Origin: Thalassococcus halodurans
Lineage (GTDB): Bacteria > Pseudomonadota > Alphaproteobacteria > Rhodobacterales > Rhodobacteraceae
Assembly (NCBI GenBank): GCA_950096585.1
Contig: CATNDK010000001.1
Location: 104,943-168,942, forward strand
DNA: 64,000 nt
Direction of reading: 5' to 3'
The notes beneath the pieces were generated by a model. It was not told the DNA's origin. It saw nothing but the letters and a program-made list of their open reading frames with translations, and did not search any database. Shown here piece after piece: positions 30,056-40,195 of the stretch (positions are counted from its first letter, which is position 1; each line of letters starts with the position of its first letter). The position numbers and the translations under genes are program-made.

Positions 30056-30658
30056 TCAAATTAGCAACACCTGAGTGCCGACTTTCGCCAATTCGTACAG
30101 CTCTTCAATGTGTTCGTTGTACAGGCCAATGCAGCCGTTGGACGAACGACGACCGATTTTGCGTGTGTCGTGGGTGCCGTGAATACGGTAATACTGCCAG
30201 CTCAGGTGCATAGAGCGCGTGCCCAGGGGGTTATCGGGACCTGGACCCACGTAATCAGGCCATTCAGGATTACGCTTCTTCATCGACGGTGTCGGGCGCC
30301 AATCGGGCGACGGATCTTTCAGCGTGATCGTTGTGCGGCCAACACGGGTCAGATCTTCAGTCAGCGGGACCGATGTCGGGTACAGTTTGTAGATTGTCTG
30401 ATCTTCCGACCAGAAGTGCAGGGCGCGGCTGCGGATATCGACCAGAATCGCCCCGTTCTTCGTGTTCGAGAAAAACGGCTGCCAATCCAAAGACCGGAAG
30501 CTGGACGCGTTACGGCGCACGATGTTGCCAATGTCGCGTTCGATTTCTGTTGTCGCAGTGCTGTTTACGTCCTGTGCCAGCGCTGGCGCGGCAATAACCG
30601 ATGCGGTGCCTGCCATGAACGCGCGGCGGCTGAGTCGTGATTTTGCTGACTGTGTCAT
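30056..30658 (-). CDS. L,D-transpeptidase (YkuD/ErfK family), Tat signal
   Basis: SRRAFM; GPDNPLG, YRIHGT...SSNGCIGL catalytic motif. Confidence 0.93.
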   Translation of the reverse strand: MTQSAKSRLSRRAFMAGTASVIAAPALAQDVNSTATTEIERDIGNIVRRNASSFRSLDWQPFFSNTKNGAILVDIRSRALHFWSEDQTIYKLYPTSVPLTEDLTRVGRTTITLKDPSPDWRPTPSMKKRNPEWPDYVGPGPDNPLGTRSMHLSWQYYRIHGTHDTRKIGRRSSNGCIGLYNEHIEELYELAKVGTQVLLI

Positions 30659-30832
30659 TGCAAAAACTCCGTCAAATGAACTTTACTAGTGTCTTACATA
30701 TGGCCCGAAAGCCTCAGTCGCAATTCAAACCCCTGTCATCAGGCATGCTCACGATCAAGTGGGTTTGAATAGCAACGCATGTCACGCTATTGCGTTCCAA
30801 TAGCAGAATTCTCTCACTGTGGGAAATTGACC

Positions 30833-31411
30833 ATGAAACTATTCGCCGTTCTTGCACTTTCAGTCGCTGTTGCCGTTGCTGGATGTGCGCCCACAGTTAC
30901 ACAGCCGGTCGAGCAGCCGCTTGGCCCTGATGGCAAACCTTTGCCGAAGCTTTACAGAATTCGCGCAGCTGACGAGTCGCGGATCGAATTCCGTATGTTT
31001 GATTCCGTCAATTCGCTGCGGCAGGCGGCGGGCGTTGCCCCGCTGACACTGAACGCCCAGCTGAAAGCCGCCGCTGCCACACACGCCCGCGACATGGCCG
31101 TTCAAAACCGCCCGTGGCACTTTGGTTCGGACGGGTCTTCTCCGATCATCCGCGCGCAGCGTGTCGGCTATTCGGGCCGTGTTCTGGGTGAAAACATTTC
31201 GGAAACCTACGAGACCGAGCTTGAGACTCTGGGTGCATGGATGGAAGATCCGGGCACCAAAGAAGTGATCATCGATCCGGAAGCGACCGAGATGGGCTTT
31301 GCGTGGTATCAGGAAGAAAACGGCAAGATCTGGTGGACAATGGTCACGGGTACGTCGACAGCGGCACCTGTCCAGATCGACGTCTCTGATACATTCTCGA
31401 CAGCGTTCTAA
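30833..31411 (+). CDS. CAP/SCP-domain lipoprotein
   Basis: Lipobox VAGC; VNSLRQAAG..L..NAQLKAAAATHARDMA, GENISE. Confidence 0.87.
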   Translation: MKLFAVLALSVAVAVAGCAPTVTQPVEQPLGPDGKPLPKLYRIRAADESRIEFRMFDSVNSLRQAAGVAPLTLNAQLKAAAATHARDMAVQNRPWHFGSDGSSPIIRAQRVGYSGRVLGENISETYETELETLGAWMEDPGTKEVIIDPEATEMGFAWYQEENGKIWWTMVTGTSTAAPVQIDVSDTFSTAF

Positions 31412-31438
31412 GCAGTTTGTCCGATCCGGCCGCCCGAT

Positions 31439-31939
31439 TTACGGGCGGATCAGGATCGGTGTGCCGTTCTTCACCATCGCATAGATGTCTTCGATTTGCG
31501 CGTCGCTGACCGCAATGCAGCCCCATGTCCAATCAGTGAAACGCTTGTAGCCGCTGCCTTTCGGCGGACCGCCGTGGATAAAGATGTCGCCGCCCGCGCT
31601 TTTGCCCAATTCAGCCGCCAAAGCGCGGTCCTGTGGATTGGGGTACGAGATGCCCAGCGACAAATGGAACCTTGAATTCGCGTTGCGGCGGTTGATGAAA
31701 TACAGCCCTTCGGGTGTCTTTCCGTCGCCTTCGATGGCCTTGTGCCCCTGCGGTTCAAAGCCAAGGTCGATCCGGTAGGACTTCAACACTTCGCTTCCGT
31801 GCAAAAGGTACATTCTGCGTTCGCCCTTTTTCACCAGAACCTGAGTGACTTCGGGGCCATTGTACGTTTTGAATTTGCTCGCGCAGCCTGACAGCGTCAG
31901 GGCAAGTGCGATGACCATGAAAATTCTGAAAACGGGCAT
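31439..31939 (-). CDS. L,D-transpeptidase family lipoprotein (YafK/DpaA-like)
   Basis: Lipobox LSGC; GDGKTPEG, ISYPN, IFIHG...WTWGCIAV; start set at MPVFRIF. Confidence 0.87.
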   Translation of the reverse strand: MPVFRIFMVIALALTLSGCASKFKTYNGPEVTQVLVKKGERRMYLLHGSEVLKSYRIDLGFEPQGHKAIEGDGKTPEGLYFINRRNANSRFHLSLGISYPNPQDRALAAELGKSAGGDIFIHGGPPKGSGYKRFTDWTWGCIAVSDAQIEDIYAMVKNGTPILIRP

Positions 31940-32029
31940 GCTGCTGCTCAATATGTTTTTTCTGTTCTTACACGATTTGCCCGATCCGGAACAGAACGAC
32001 TGTGCTGGATTCACAAACCAGTGAACGGA

Positions 32030-33250
32030 TCACTTTCGTTTCGTAAGACACCCGACAACTTCCACATGCGTGGACCACCGGAACTGGTCGACCGTCTGCA
32101 CCCAATCAAGCTGATAACCGGCTGCAATTAGTGTGCCGCAGTCGCGGGCGAAGGTGGTCGGGTTACAGGACACGTGGGCAATCACAGGCACGTTGCTTTT
32201 GGCAATCTGCGCCACTTGGGCTTCTGCACCGGCGCGGGGCGGGTCGATGACAAGGGCATCCATTTTGGCCAGCTCGTCGGGCAGCAACGGATTGCGGAAC
32301 AGGTCGCGCGCAAGGGGTGTCAGCTTTTTCAGGTTCTTGCCCTGACGCCAGCCTTCTTCCAACGCGTGGGTCATCGCCTTGTCGCCCTCGACGGCCAAAA
32401 CTTCGGCCTTTTCGGCAAGGGGCAGGGCAAAGGTGCCGCAGCCCGCGAAAAGATCAGCCACGCGTTTGCCAGAGCCTACAATTTCCTGCACCGCGGCAAC
32501 CAGCGCGGCCTCGCCATCCTTTGTCGCCTGAAGAAAGGCACCGGGTGGCGGGGACACGGGCGCATTGCCCAGCCGTAGGATCGGCTTTTCCCGCTGAAGT
32601 GCGATTTCGTCATCCCACGAAATGCGCGCGATGTTATATTTTCGGGTCAGGTCGGACAGCGTGATGCGCAACGCGTCATCGATCGGCTTGCCGCCCGATA
32701 CGGACAGATCAAGCCCGCTGTCCGTCAGCGTGACCAACACACTGATTTCGCCTTTTCGGCTGCCACCCACGACGGCCAGTTCCTCGACCAAGGGCAGGGC
32801 GGCCATGACATCGGGGTGCACCAACTGGCAGTTTGGAATTGCGATGACGATGTCGGATTGCTTCTTGTGAAAGCCCGCAATCGCCGCCTTCTTGGTGCGC
32901 TTGGCGGAAAAGGCAGCACGTCGGCGCGATTGGGCGGGCGATGTCAGGATCGGGCGCATTTGGGTTGTGATGCCATGCGCGGCCAAAGCGCGTTCGACCA
33001 CTTCCATTTTCCACTTTGCGACAAAGTCGTCACTGGCGTGTTGCAACTGGCAACCACCGCAGGATTTGGCATGGGAACACGGCGGTCGAACACGATCTGA
33101 TGACGGCTCGATGATTTTCGCGTCACGCAAAACGCTTCCGTCCAGCGTGCCCTGAACGATTTCACCGGGCAGCGCGCCGGGCACATAAACGGGGCCTTCG
33201 GCGATGCCATCGCCTTGGTGGCCCAAGCGGTCGATCTTGTACTGTTCCAT
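32030..33250 (-). CDS. rlmD: 23S rRNA m5U methyltransferase (RlmD/TrmA family)
   Basis: CSHAKSCGGC Fe-S motif, FLQA, DLFAGCG, DPPRAG, VSCNP, DQFRWSTHVE. Confidence 0.85.
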   Translation of the reverse strand: MEQYKIDRLGHQGDGIAEGPVYVPGALPGEIVQGTLDGSVLRDAKIIEPSSDRVRPPCSHAKSCGGCQLQHASDDFVAKWKMEVVERALAAHGITTQMRPILTSPAQSRRRAAFSAKRTKKAAIAGFHKKQSDIVIAIPNCQLVHPDVMAALPLVEELAVVGGSRKGEISVLVTLTDSGLDLSVSGGKPIDDALRITLSDLTRKYNIARISWDDEIALQREKPILRLGNAPVSPPPGAFLQATKDGEAALVAAVQEIVGSGKRVADLFAGCGTFALPLAEKAEVLAVEGDKAMTHALEEGWRQGKNLKKLTPLARDLFRNPLLPDELAKMDALVIDPPRAGAEAQVAQIAKSNVPVIAHVSCNPTTFARDCGTLIAAGYQLDWVQTVDQFRWSTHVEVVGCLTKRK

Positions 33251-33304
33251 GCCTGCCTATTGCGCGAAATCGCCTCGCACGTCGAGTGGGCATTTGGTTA
33301 GCGC

Positions 33305-35137
33305 CTATTCGGCGGCATCCTGCGTTGCGACAAAGCCGCCAGACTGCCGATCCCAATAGCGCGCATATAGCCCGCCTTTGGCCAGCAGTTCGTCATGCGT
33401 GCCCTCTTCGGCCAAGCGACCCTGATCCAGCACCAAAATGCGATCCATGTGCGAAATAGTCGACAGTCGGTGGGCGATTGCCAGAACGGTTTTTCCCTCC
33501 ATCACGCGTTCCAAAGCAGACTGGATCGATGCCTCGACCTCGGAATCCAGCGCCGATGTCGCTTCGTCCAGAATGAAGATCGGCGCATCTTTCAGGATGG
33601 CGCGGGCAAGGGCGATCCGCTGGCGTTGGCCACCCGACAGCTTGACCCCGCGTTCCCCCAGGTGCGCGTCGTATCCAGTGCGTCCCTTGTGATCCTGCAT
33701 CGCGGTGATGAAGTCATGCGCTTCTGCCTTTTCGGCAGCGGCAATCACCTCGTCCAGCGTTGCGTCCGGCTTGCCGTAGCGGATATTTTCAAAGGCCGAG
33801 CGATTGAACATCGCGGTTTCCTGCGTGACCATGCCGATCTTGCTGCGCAGACTGTTTTGCGACACCTCGGAAATATCCGTGCCGTCGATTTCGATCTTAC
33901 CGCTCTCGGGATCATAAAGCCGCAGCAGCAAAGCGACGAGCGTCGACTTTCCCGCGCCGGATGCCCCGACGATACCCAGCTTTTCTCCCGGCTTGATCGA
34001 CAGGGAAATCTTTTCGATCCCGCCTGTTTTTTGTCCGTAAGCAAAGGACAGGTCGGTGATGTCGATCTGCCCGTGTGGAACGACCAGTTCTTTGGGATTT
34101 TCCGGATCCATCAGCGTGTGTTGCGGCGTAAGTGTACGCATGCCGTCTTCGACTTCGCCCAGATTGGCATAAAGACCCATCAGCGTGAAACTGACCCATC
34201 CTGTCATCTGCGCCAATCGCAAGGAAACAGCACCTGTCGCAGCAATGTCGCCCGCGGAAATAAGGCCACGCGACCAGTACCAAAGCGCGCCGCCAATCAG
34301 CAGCACAGGCAGGAACCCCGCCAGCGCCATCAGCGTAAAGCGGAAACTGGCCGAAACGCGGCCAAAGGCGATGAACTTGCTTCGATATGACCCCATCGCA
34401 TCCAGCGCCGCGCGGTCTTCGTGGTCGTCATGGGCGAACAGCTTGACCGTTTTGATATTGGTGACCGTGTCCACGATCTGGCCCGTCACCATCGCCCGCG
34501 CCGAGGCCCGCGCCTGTGACCGCGTCCGAATGCGCGGCATGAAAAACCGCAGCAAGAACACATAGGCGACCATCCAGACAACCAGACCGCCTGCAATGCG
34601 AATATCGACGGTGCCCAGCATCAAAACCGCACCAACGACCGACGCCAGCGCAAACAGGACGGTATGGATGATCTCGGTCACGACATCATTCAGCGCACGG
34701 GCCGTCTGCATTTCTTTCTGCGCGATGCGACCGGCGAAATCGTTGTCAAAAAACGTAACCGCCTGCCCCAGAGTGTAACGGTGCAGGCGAGACAGGATCA
34801 GGTTCAGCACATTGGGTTGGACAATGATCGTCTGGGAATAGGCCGTCATGCCGAACAGGATGGGGCGGAACAGGGCGAAGAAAACAAACGCACCCAACAG
34901 CAATCCCATACCGTCTGAAAAAATCTGGCTGGGTTCCAGAGCAAGCGCCTTGTCGATCACCATGCCAAGCAAGATGGCCGCAAAAACTTCGGCCACGCCC
35001 GCAACAACAGACAGGATCCCGGCCGCCCAAAGCGCGGGCCATGCGCCTTTGACCGCCCACAGAATGAACTTGAACAGTTTGTTCGGCGGCGACCCGTCGG
35101 CGGGCGCGTTGTGGGGAATCCAATCGGATAAAAACAT
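33305..35137 (-). CDS. ABC exporter, fused permease/ATPase
   Basis: Six TM segments, GASGAGKS, LSGGQRQR, ILDEATSALD. Confidence 0.92.
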   Translation of the reverse strand: MFLSDWIPHNAPADGSPPNKLFKFILWAVKGAWPALWAAGILSVVAGVAEVFAAILLGMVIDKALALEPSQIFSDGMGLLLGAFVFFALFRPILFGMTAYSQTIIVQPNVLNLILSRLHRYTLGQAVTFFDNDFAGRIAQKEMQTARALNDVVTEIIHTVLFALASVVGAVLMLGTVDIRIAGGLVVWMVAYVFLLRFFMPRIRTRSQARASARAMVTGQIVDTVTNIKTVKLFAHDDHEDRAALDAMGSYRSKFIAFGRVSASFRFTLMALAGFLPVLLIGGALWYWSRGLISAGDIAATGAVSLRLAQMTGWVSFTLMGLYANLGEVEDGMRTLTPQHTLMDPENPKELVVPHGQIDITDLSFAYGQKTGGIEKISLSIKPGEKLGIVGASGAGKSTLVALLLRLYDPESGKIEIDGTDISEVSQNSLRSKIGMVTQETAMFNRSAFENIRYGKPDATLDEVIAAAEKAEAHDFITAMQDHKGRTGYDAHLGERGVKLSGGQRQRIALARAILKDAPIFILDEATSALDSEVEASIQSALERVMEGKTVLAIAHRLSTISHMDRILVLDQGRLAEEGTHDELLAKGGLYARYWDRQSGGFVATQDAAE

Positions 35138-35180
35138 CAGTCGTGCTTCCTACTCGGCCAAGCCGGATTTCTACGCGACG

Positions 35181-36344
35181 CTACTCAATCTCGGGATGGT
35201 CCAATAATTCTTGGCGGGTCAGCTGGAATTTGGATTTGACCCAAGTTCGTTCAAGCGACCTAAGGCGTTGTCCTAAACTTGGGCCGGAATAGTCAGGTTG
35301 CAAGTCTTTTGCTGAAATCGGGAATTTTTGTTCCGCCCCTGTTCGGATTTCCACAATCACATCGGGCGATAGCGGCTGTTCCAGCATCGCGGCGCGCAGC
35401 AGGCAGCCGTTCACCGCCATGTCCTCACCATACCAATAGCCGAGGTCCCCTGCGCTGTCGGGCCGCGCGACGATTTCCTGAAGCGTGGCAATGCGCCGTT
35501 GTTCCGCTTTGGACAGGCGCAGATCTGCCGCATCGGAAATGCCCAAAGACACCAAGCGCCGGATAGCGTCAGGCGCAATGACCAACCCCCGTTCCAGATG
35601 AACCAGCGGCGGCAGAGCCTTGGCGCTGGAACCCGGGCACACCCGCATCAGAACGCCGGTTTGCTCCATCACAGCGACAGCTTGGGATGGGTCCGCTGCA
35701 CACAGAAGCTTTTTCATTTCGGTGCCGACCCGTTCACGGGAAAGCGTCTCTAACCCGTCAAGATTTGCGGCAATAGCGGCAAGTGTGTCTGCCTCGAAGC
35801 CTGCGTCGGGATCAGCGTAAAAGGCCGAGAACCGAAAGAACCGCAGGATGCGCAGGTAGTCTTCGCGGATGCGTTTGTCCGGGTCTTGGATAAACCGGAT
35901 ACGGCGTGCCTTCAGGTCAGGAAGGCCGCCGAGCGGATCAATGACATTGCCCTGCGCATCGCAATAAAGCGCGTTCACTGTGAAATCACGACGCACCGCA
36001 TCGTCGGCAACATTCTTGGAAAACCGAACGATCGCATGGCGCCCGTCGGTTTCAACATCAGCGCGGAACGTCGTGACCTCAAACGTGGCGCGATCCACCA
36101 CCAATGTCACTGTCCCATGATCAATGCCTGTCGGAACCGCCTTAATACCGGCCGCTTCCGCCAAAGCGATGGTTTGATCCGGCGTCGCGTCGGTCGAGAT
36201 GTCGACGTCGTCAACCGCTACGCCCAACAGGCTGTTGCGCACACAGCCGCCCACCGCAAAGGCCTGATGACCGGCCGCATCGAACATCGCAAAAACGCGC
36301 TGGGCGGCGGGGTCTGTCAGCCAATCGGCGGTGATGGTGTTCAT
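35181..36344 (-). CDS. cca: CCA tRNA nucleotidyltransferase
   Basis: VGGCVRNSL, DVDIST, RRDFTVNAL, EDYLRILR. Confidence 0.92.
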   Translation of the reverse strand: MNTITADWLTDPAAQRVFAMFDAAGHQAFAVGGCVRNSLLGVAVDDVDISTDATPDQTIALAEAAGIKAVPTGIDHGTVTLVVDRATFEVTTFRADVETDGRHAIVRFSKNVADDAVRRDFTVNALYCDAQGNVIDPLGGLPDLKARRIRFIQDPDKRIREDYLRILRFFRFSAFYADPDAGFEADTLAAIAANLDGLETLSRERVGTEMKKLLCAADPSQAVAVMEQTGVLMRVCPGSSAKALPPLVHLERGLVIAPDAIRRLVSLGISDAADLRLSKAEQRRIATLQEIVARPDSAGDLGYWYGEDMAVNGCLLRAAMLEQPLSPDVIVEIRTGAEQKFPISAKDLQPDYSGPSLGQRLRSLERTWVKSKFQLTRQELLDHPEIE

Positions 36345-36958
36345 GGGCTCATCCGGTCTGCAAGTGAGCGTAAGATACGCGCAGTTGCGCCCCAGATGTA
36401 ATAGGGACCGTAGGGGACCGTGTAGTAATATCGCCGTTGTCCGCGCCAGCGGCGGTACTGCACTGCAAATCTGGTTGCAGACAGAACGTGTTCAAAAGGA
36501 ACTGTGAACACCTCGTCTACCTCGCCCGGTTCCGGGATCGGATCGAAAGGTTCCTTGATCAGGCCGATCACAGGCGTCATTTCAAAGCTGGTTACGGTTT
36601 CATGCGACGGCAGTCGGCCGATGATGTCGACTTGATCAGACGGCAGCCCGATCTCTTCCCGTGCTTCGCGCAGCGCGGTTGCCACAACGTCGGCGTCCCC
36701 TTCGTCAACCTTGCCGCCGGGAAAGGCGATCTGGCCGGGATGATGTTTCAGGCGCGAGCTGCGCTTGGTCAGGACAAGCCGCATTTCGCCTTGATGTTCA
36801 ATCAACGGCACCAACACGCCCGCAGGTCGCAAAACGCGGTTTGCGGGCAGGACAACGTCAGGGTTCAGATCATAGTCGGTCGACATGCCCGCCGGTTTCG
36901 ACAGGGCATGTCGCACACGATCCAGAATGTCGCCGGAGGTTTGATTAGTCGGCGTCAT
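36341..36958 (-). CDS. CoA pyrophosphatase (NudL-like Nudix)
   Basis: LTKRSSRLKHHPGQIAFPGG, ALREAREEIG, IWGATA. Confidence 0.9.
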   Translation of the reverse strand: MTPTNQTSGDILDRVRHALSKPAGMSTDYDLNPDVVLPANRVLRPAGVLVPLIEHQGEMRLVLTKRSSRLKHHPGQIAFPGGKVDEGDADVVATALREAREEIGLPSDQVDIIGRLPSHETVTSFEMTPVIGLIKEPFDPIPEPGEVDEVFTVPFEHVLSATRFAVQYRRWRGQRRYYYTVPYGPYYIWGATARILRSLADRMSP

Positions 36959-37949
36959 TCGCCTCCGCCTCAAATCCGACTGTCTTTGGGTCCAACACAT
37001 AGTGCGCGCCACAGAACTGACAGTCTGCGGTGACGGTGTTTTCCGGCGTTGTCATCTTTTCGATGTCTTTGGCCGAATAGATCGACAGCGACTGGCGCAC
37101 GCGGTCTTCCGAACAGGTACAGCCAAACGCCACCGGAAGCGGATCAAAGATACGCGGCGTTTCTTCGTGGAACAGGCGCAGCAACAGGTTGGTCGGCGGA
37201 ACAGACGGGCCGATCAGCTCAAGCTCTTCGACCGTGTCCAGATGGATGTTCACGCGGTTCCAGTTTTCTTCATCGTCATCCGACACCAGATCGTTTGCCG
37301 ACAAAAGACCGCCTTCGCCACTGCCGCCTTCTTCCGAACCCGCAAACTGCGAGAAAGGCGATGCCTTGGGCATGTGTTGCAGCATGATGCCGCCAGCGCG
37401 CCAGTGTTCGGCACCGCCCGCTTCGGTCGACCGGCCAAAGCGCAGGCTAAACCGTGTTGGCAACTGTTCGGACTGTGCAAAATACGCCTCGGCCGCAGCG
37501 GCAAGCGATGTTGTGACCAGCGGTGTGATCCCCTGATACGGCGTCGTGCCTTTGCCCTGATCCATCAGGATTGCAAAATAGCCTTCGCCGACCTGCTTCA
37601 TCGGGTCTTCATCGGTGATACGATCTGCGTCAAAGCTTGCGTATGCGCGAATGCGGGCGGGTTGGCCCTCTTTTTCAGGCGCGTAGAAGTCCGTTGCAAT
37701 CATGCGGACCGGACCTTTGGTCTGGATTTGCAGAGACAGTTTCCAACGCAGCTTGATTGTCTGGCCGATCAGAGCGGTCAGCAAAGCCATTTCGGCCACC
37801 AACGCCTCGACCGCTGGCGGGTAGTTGTGCTGTTTCAGCACTGCGTCCAATACGCCGTCCAGACGCGCAACGCGGCCGCGGATGTCGGCGCCGTCAAGTT
37901 GGAAGGGCAGGACTGTATCGTCCCAGTCGAGTTTTGTAGCAGACGTCAT
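36945..37949 (-). CDS. hslO: Hsp33 redox chaperone
   Basis: YQGITPL, YFAQSEQLPT, CTCS...CQFC zinc motif. Confidence 0.93.
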   Translation of the reverse strand: MTSATKLDWDDTVLPFQLDGADIRGRVARLDGVLDAVLKQHNYPPAVEALVAEMALLTALIGQTIKLRWKLSLQIQTKGPVRMIATDFYAPEKEGQPARIRAYASFDADRITDEDPMKQVGEGYFAILMDQGKGTTPYQGITPLVTTSLAAAAEAYFAQSEQLPTRFSLRFGRSTEAGGAEHWRAGGIMLQHMPKASPFSQFAGSEEGGSGEGGLLSANDLVSDDDEENWNRVNIHLDTVEELELIGPSVPPTNLLLRLFHEETPRIFDPLPVAFGCTCSEDRVRQSLSIYSAKDIEKMTTPENTVTADCQFCGAHYVLDPKTVGFEAEANDAD

Positions 37950-38049
37950 GAGGTTTCCTTGTTTGCCATTCGCTGGCATCTCGCCATCATATAGGTATCA
38001 GTTCGCCGGGTCCAAGCACCGGTTGAAGCAAAGAACCAAAGGGGGTCAC

Positions 38050-38493
38050 GTGACGCGTCGCTACGGGGAAGTTCCTAGAAACGGTCAGCGCTATACATTC
38101 AGGCGCGGCGTGTACGCGATTCTTGAACGGAATGGCCAGCTTTTGATCACGCATCAGATCGATCCAGAGCCTGAATTCCAGTTACCGGGGGGTGGAATCG
38201 ATCCGGGAGAGCCACCGATCGTGGCTCTTCACCGCGAGGTGATTGAGGAAACGGGTTGGAAGATGGCTGATCCGATACGGCTCGGCGCGTTCCGGCGGTT
38301 TACCTACATGCCAGAGTACGATTTGTGGGCGGAAAAGATGTGTGTCGTGTACCTTGCCCGTCCGACACTGCAGGTCGGCCCCCCGACCGAACCCGGACAC
38401 ACCGCGCATTGGGTCGATCCCTATGATGCGGTGCAGTCCTTGGGCAATCCCGGGGACCGGGCGATGTTGGTCAACCTGCTTCGTCGGCGTTAA
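38050..38493 (+). CDS. NUDIX hydrolase
   Basis: Nudix box GGGIDPGEPPIVALHREVIEETGW; GTG start at 38050 chosen. Confidence 0.85.
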   Translation: MTRRYGEVPRNGQRYTFRRGVYAILERNGQLLITHQIDPEPEFQLPGGGIDPGEPPIVALHREVIEETGWKMADPIRLGAFRRFTYMPEYDLWAEKMCVVYLARPTLQVGPPTEPGHTAHWVDPYDAVQSLGNPGDRAMLVNLLRRR

Positions 38494-39758
38494 AGCACCT
38501 CTAGCAAAACGGCCGAGATGTCGTCATCGCGCACGTCCCCCACGATTTTAAGCAAGTTGTCGTACAGGGCATCGAGATACGCAGGACCAGATCCGTGGGT
38601 TTCCGCGATCAGGCCGAGCAACCCGCGATCGTCCAACAGCGACCCGTCGGGCATTTCGGCCTCAACAAATCCGTCGGAATAAATCAAAAGCCGATCGCCC
38701 GCGTTCAGGGAACATTCCAACTGATGCTGGCTCGCGTCGTTGATCAACCCGATGGGCAGCCCGCCCTTGCCGATGAATTCAGGCGCCTGCCCTTTGCGCA
38801 ATAGTAAAGGAGGCGGATGGCCGGCCTGAACCATTTTAAGATAGCGCCCCTCGGGATCTACTGTGCAAAACGCCATCGTCAGATATTCTTCGACGCCTGC
38901 ATCTGACACCAAACGGGAATTTAGCGCCTCTGCCACCTCGGCGGGTTCCTTCAGCGTGAAGGAGGCGCCATGCCGGTTTACCGCGATGTTTTGCTCTTTG
39001 AACTGATCGCTCAGGTACCCCGCAACACGGGCGGCAACCATGGCCGAGCAAATCCCGTGACCCGAAACATCAATACCGTACAGCCCGACACCCGCGCCTG
39101 TATCGAACATGCCGACCAGATCGCCCCCGACATGGCCGCATGGATGCAGCAGCATGCTGACCTGAACATTGCCCACCCGCCTTGTGCGTTCGGGGACAAG
39201 CGAATCCTGAATTCTGCGTGCCTGTTTCAGGTCGCGGTCGATTGCATCATATGCTTTGCGAAGTTCAGCGAGCGTGTCGCTGACCATACCGTTTTTGCGG
39301 GTCAGTTCGCGCTGCATATAGACGATCCGCGAGGCGGCATTGATGCGCGCGCGCAATTCATTGGCATGGACAGGTTTCGTCAGAAAATCATCCGCCCCCG
39401 CATCCAGCCCTTCGGCGATTTCGCCCTTGTCGCTTTTTGAGGAAAGAAGGATGAAATAGCCGAACTGCGATGTGCTGTTTTCCCGAAAGGCACGGCAAAA
39501 TTCCAGCCCGTCCATTTCGGGCATCACCCAGTCGGACAGGATCAGGTCCGGCGGATTTTCTTTCGCGATATCCAGCGCGTCCTTTGCGGATGTTGCCACG
39601 GATACGTTCAGGCCCCAGCGACCCAACAAGCGTGACAGCATCATAACCTGGGCACGGCTGTCATCCACAACCAATACGTGGCGCAATGCCCGCGACGGGT
39701 CCATTGCGATGTCAGGTGGCGTGACCTGCGAAACGTGGGTGGCCTGATCCATAAGCAT
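38490..39758 (-). CDS. Response regulator with PP2C/SpoIIE phosphatase domain (RbaY/RsbU-like)
   Basis: REC domain (VLVVDD, SDWVMP, FLTKP); PP2C VGGD, DVSGHG, AGHPPP, YSDG, DDIS. Confidence 0.9.
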   Translation of the reverse strand: MLMDQATHVSQVTPPDIAMDPSRALRHVLVVDDSRAQVMMLSRLLGRWGLNVSVATSAKDALDIAKENPPDLILSDWVMPEMDGLEFCRAFRENSTSQFGYFILLSSKSDKGEIAEGLDAGADDFLTKPVHANELRARINAASRIVYMQRELTRKNGMVSDTLAELRKAYDAIDRDLKQARRIQDSLVPERTRRVGNVQVSMLLHPCGHVGGDLVGMFDTGAGVGLYGIDVSGHGICSAMVAARVAGYLSDQFKEQNIAVNRHGASFTLKEPAEVAEALNSRLVSDAGVEEYLTMAFCTVDPEGRYLKMVQAGHPPPLLLRKGQAPEFIGKGGLPIGLINDASQHQLECSLNAGDRLLIYSDGFVEAEMPDGSLLDDRGLLGLIAETHGSGPAYLDALYDNLLKIVGDVRDDDISAVLLEVL

Positions 39759-39783
39759 GCCTCAGCTTATGCGGATGGCAACC

Positions 39784-39799
39784 TTAACAGCACCTGAAC
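39784..39799. promoter_or_regulatory. Putative CtrA site (one mismatch)
   Basis: TTAA-CAGCACC-TGAAC between the divergent PP2C and Hpt genes. Confidence 0.45.
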
Positions 39800-39880
39800 C
39801 TTCAAATTTTCATAACTAAACTTGTATCTTTCAGTTTTTGTTCACCGTCGGCTTTCATGGTGCACGAGAGAGGATGCGAT

Positions 39881-40186
39881 ATGATTGATTGGGACCGCGT
39901 AGCAGCATTGAAAGAAGACTTCGGCGAAGAAGATTTCGACGAATTGGTGGGTGTTTTTCTGGAAGAGGTGGAAGGCGCCATCACCGGTTTGCAGGATGTC
40001 TCCGGAACCGATGATACGGTGAAAAACCAGATGCATTTCTTAAAGGGATGCGCCTCGAACGTAGGGTTCCGCGATCTGGCAGAGCTGGCTGCATCAATCG
40101 AGGACGGCGGCGGGTTTGATGGTATGGCGCAATCGGTAAGAAACGTTTTTGAGCAATCTCGGGCCCAGTTGCTGGCCGGTGCCTGA
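39881..40186 (+). CDS. Hpt domain protein
   Basis: MIDWDRVAAL...HFLKGCASNVG phosphoacceptor motif. Confidence 0.87.
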   Translation: MIDWDRVAALKEDFGEEDFDELVGVFLEEVEGAITGLQDVSGTDDTVKNQMHFLKGCASNVGFRDLAELAASIEDGGGFDGMAQSVRNVFEQSRAQLLAGA

Positions 40187-40195
40187 ATGCTGCTT

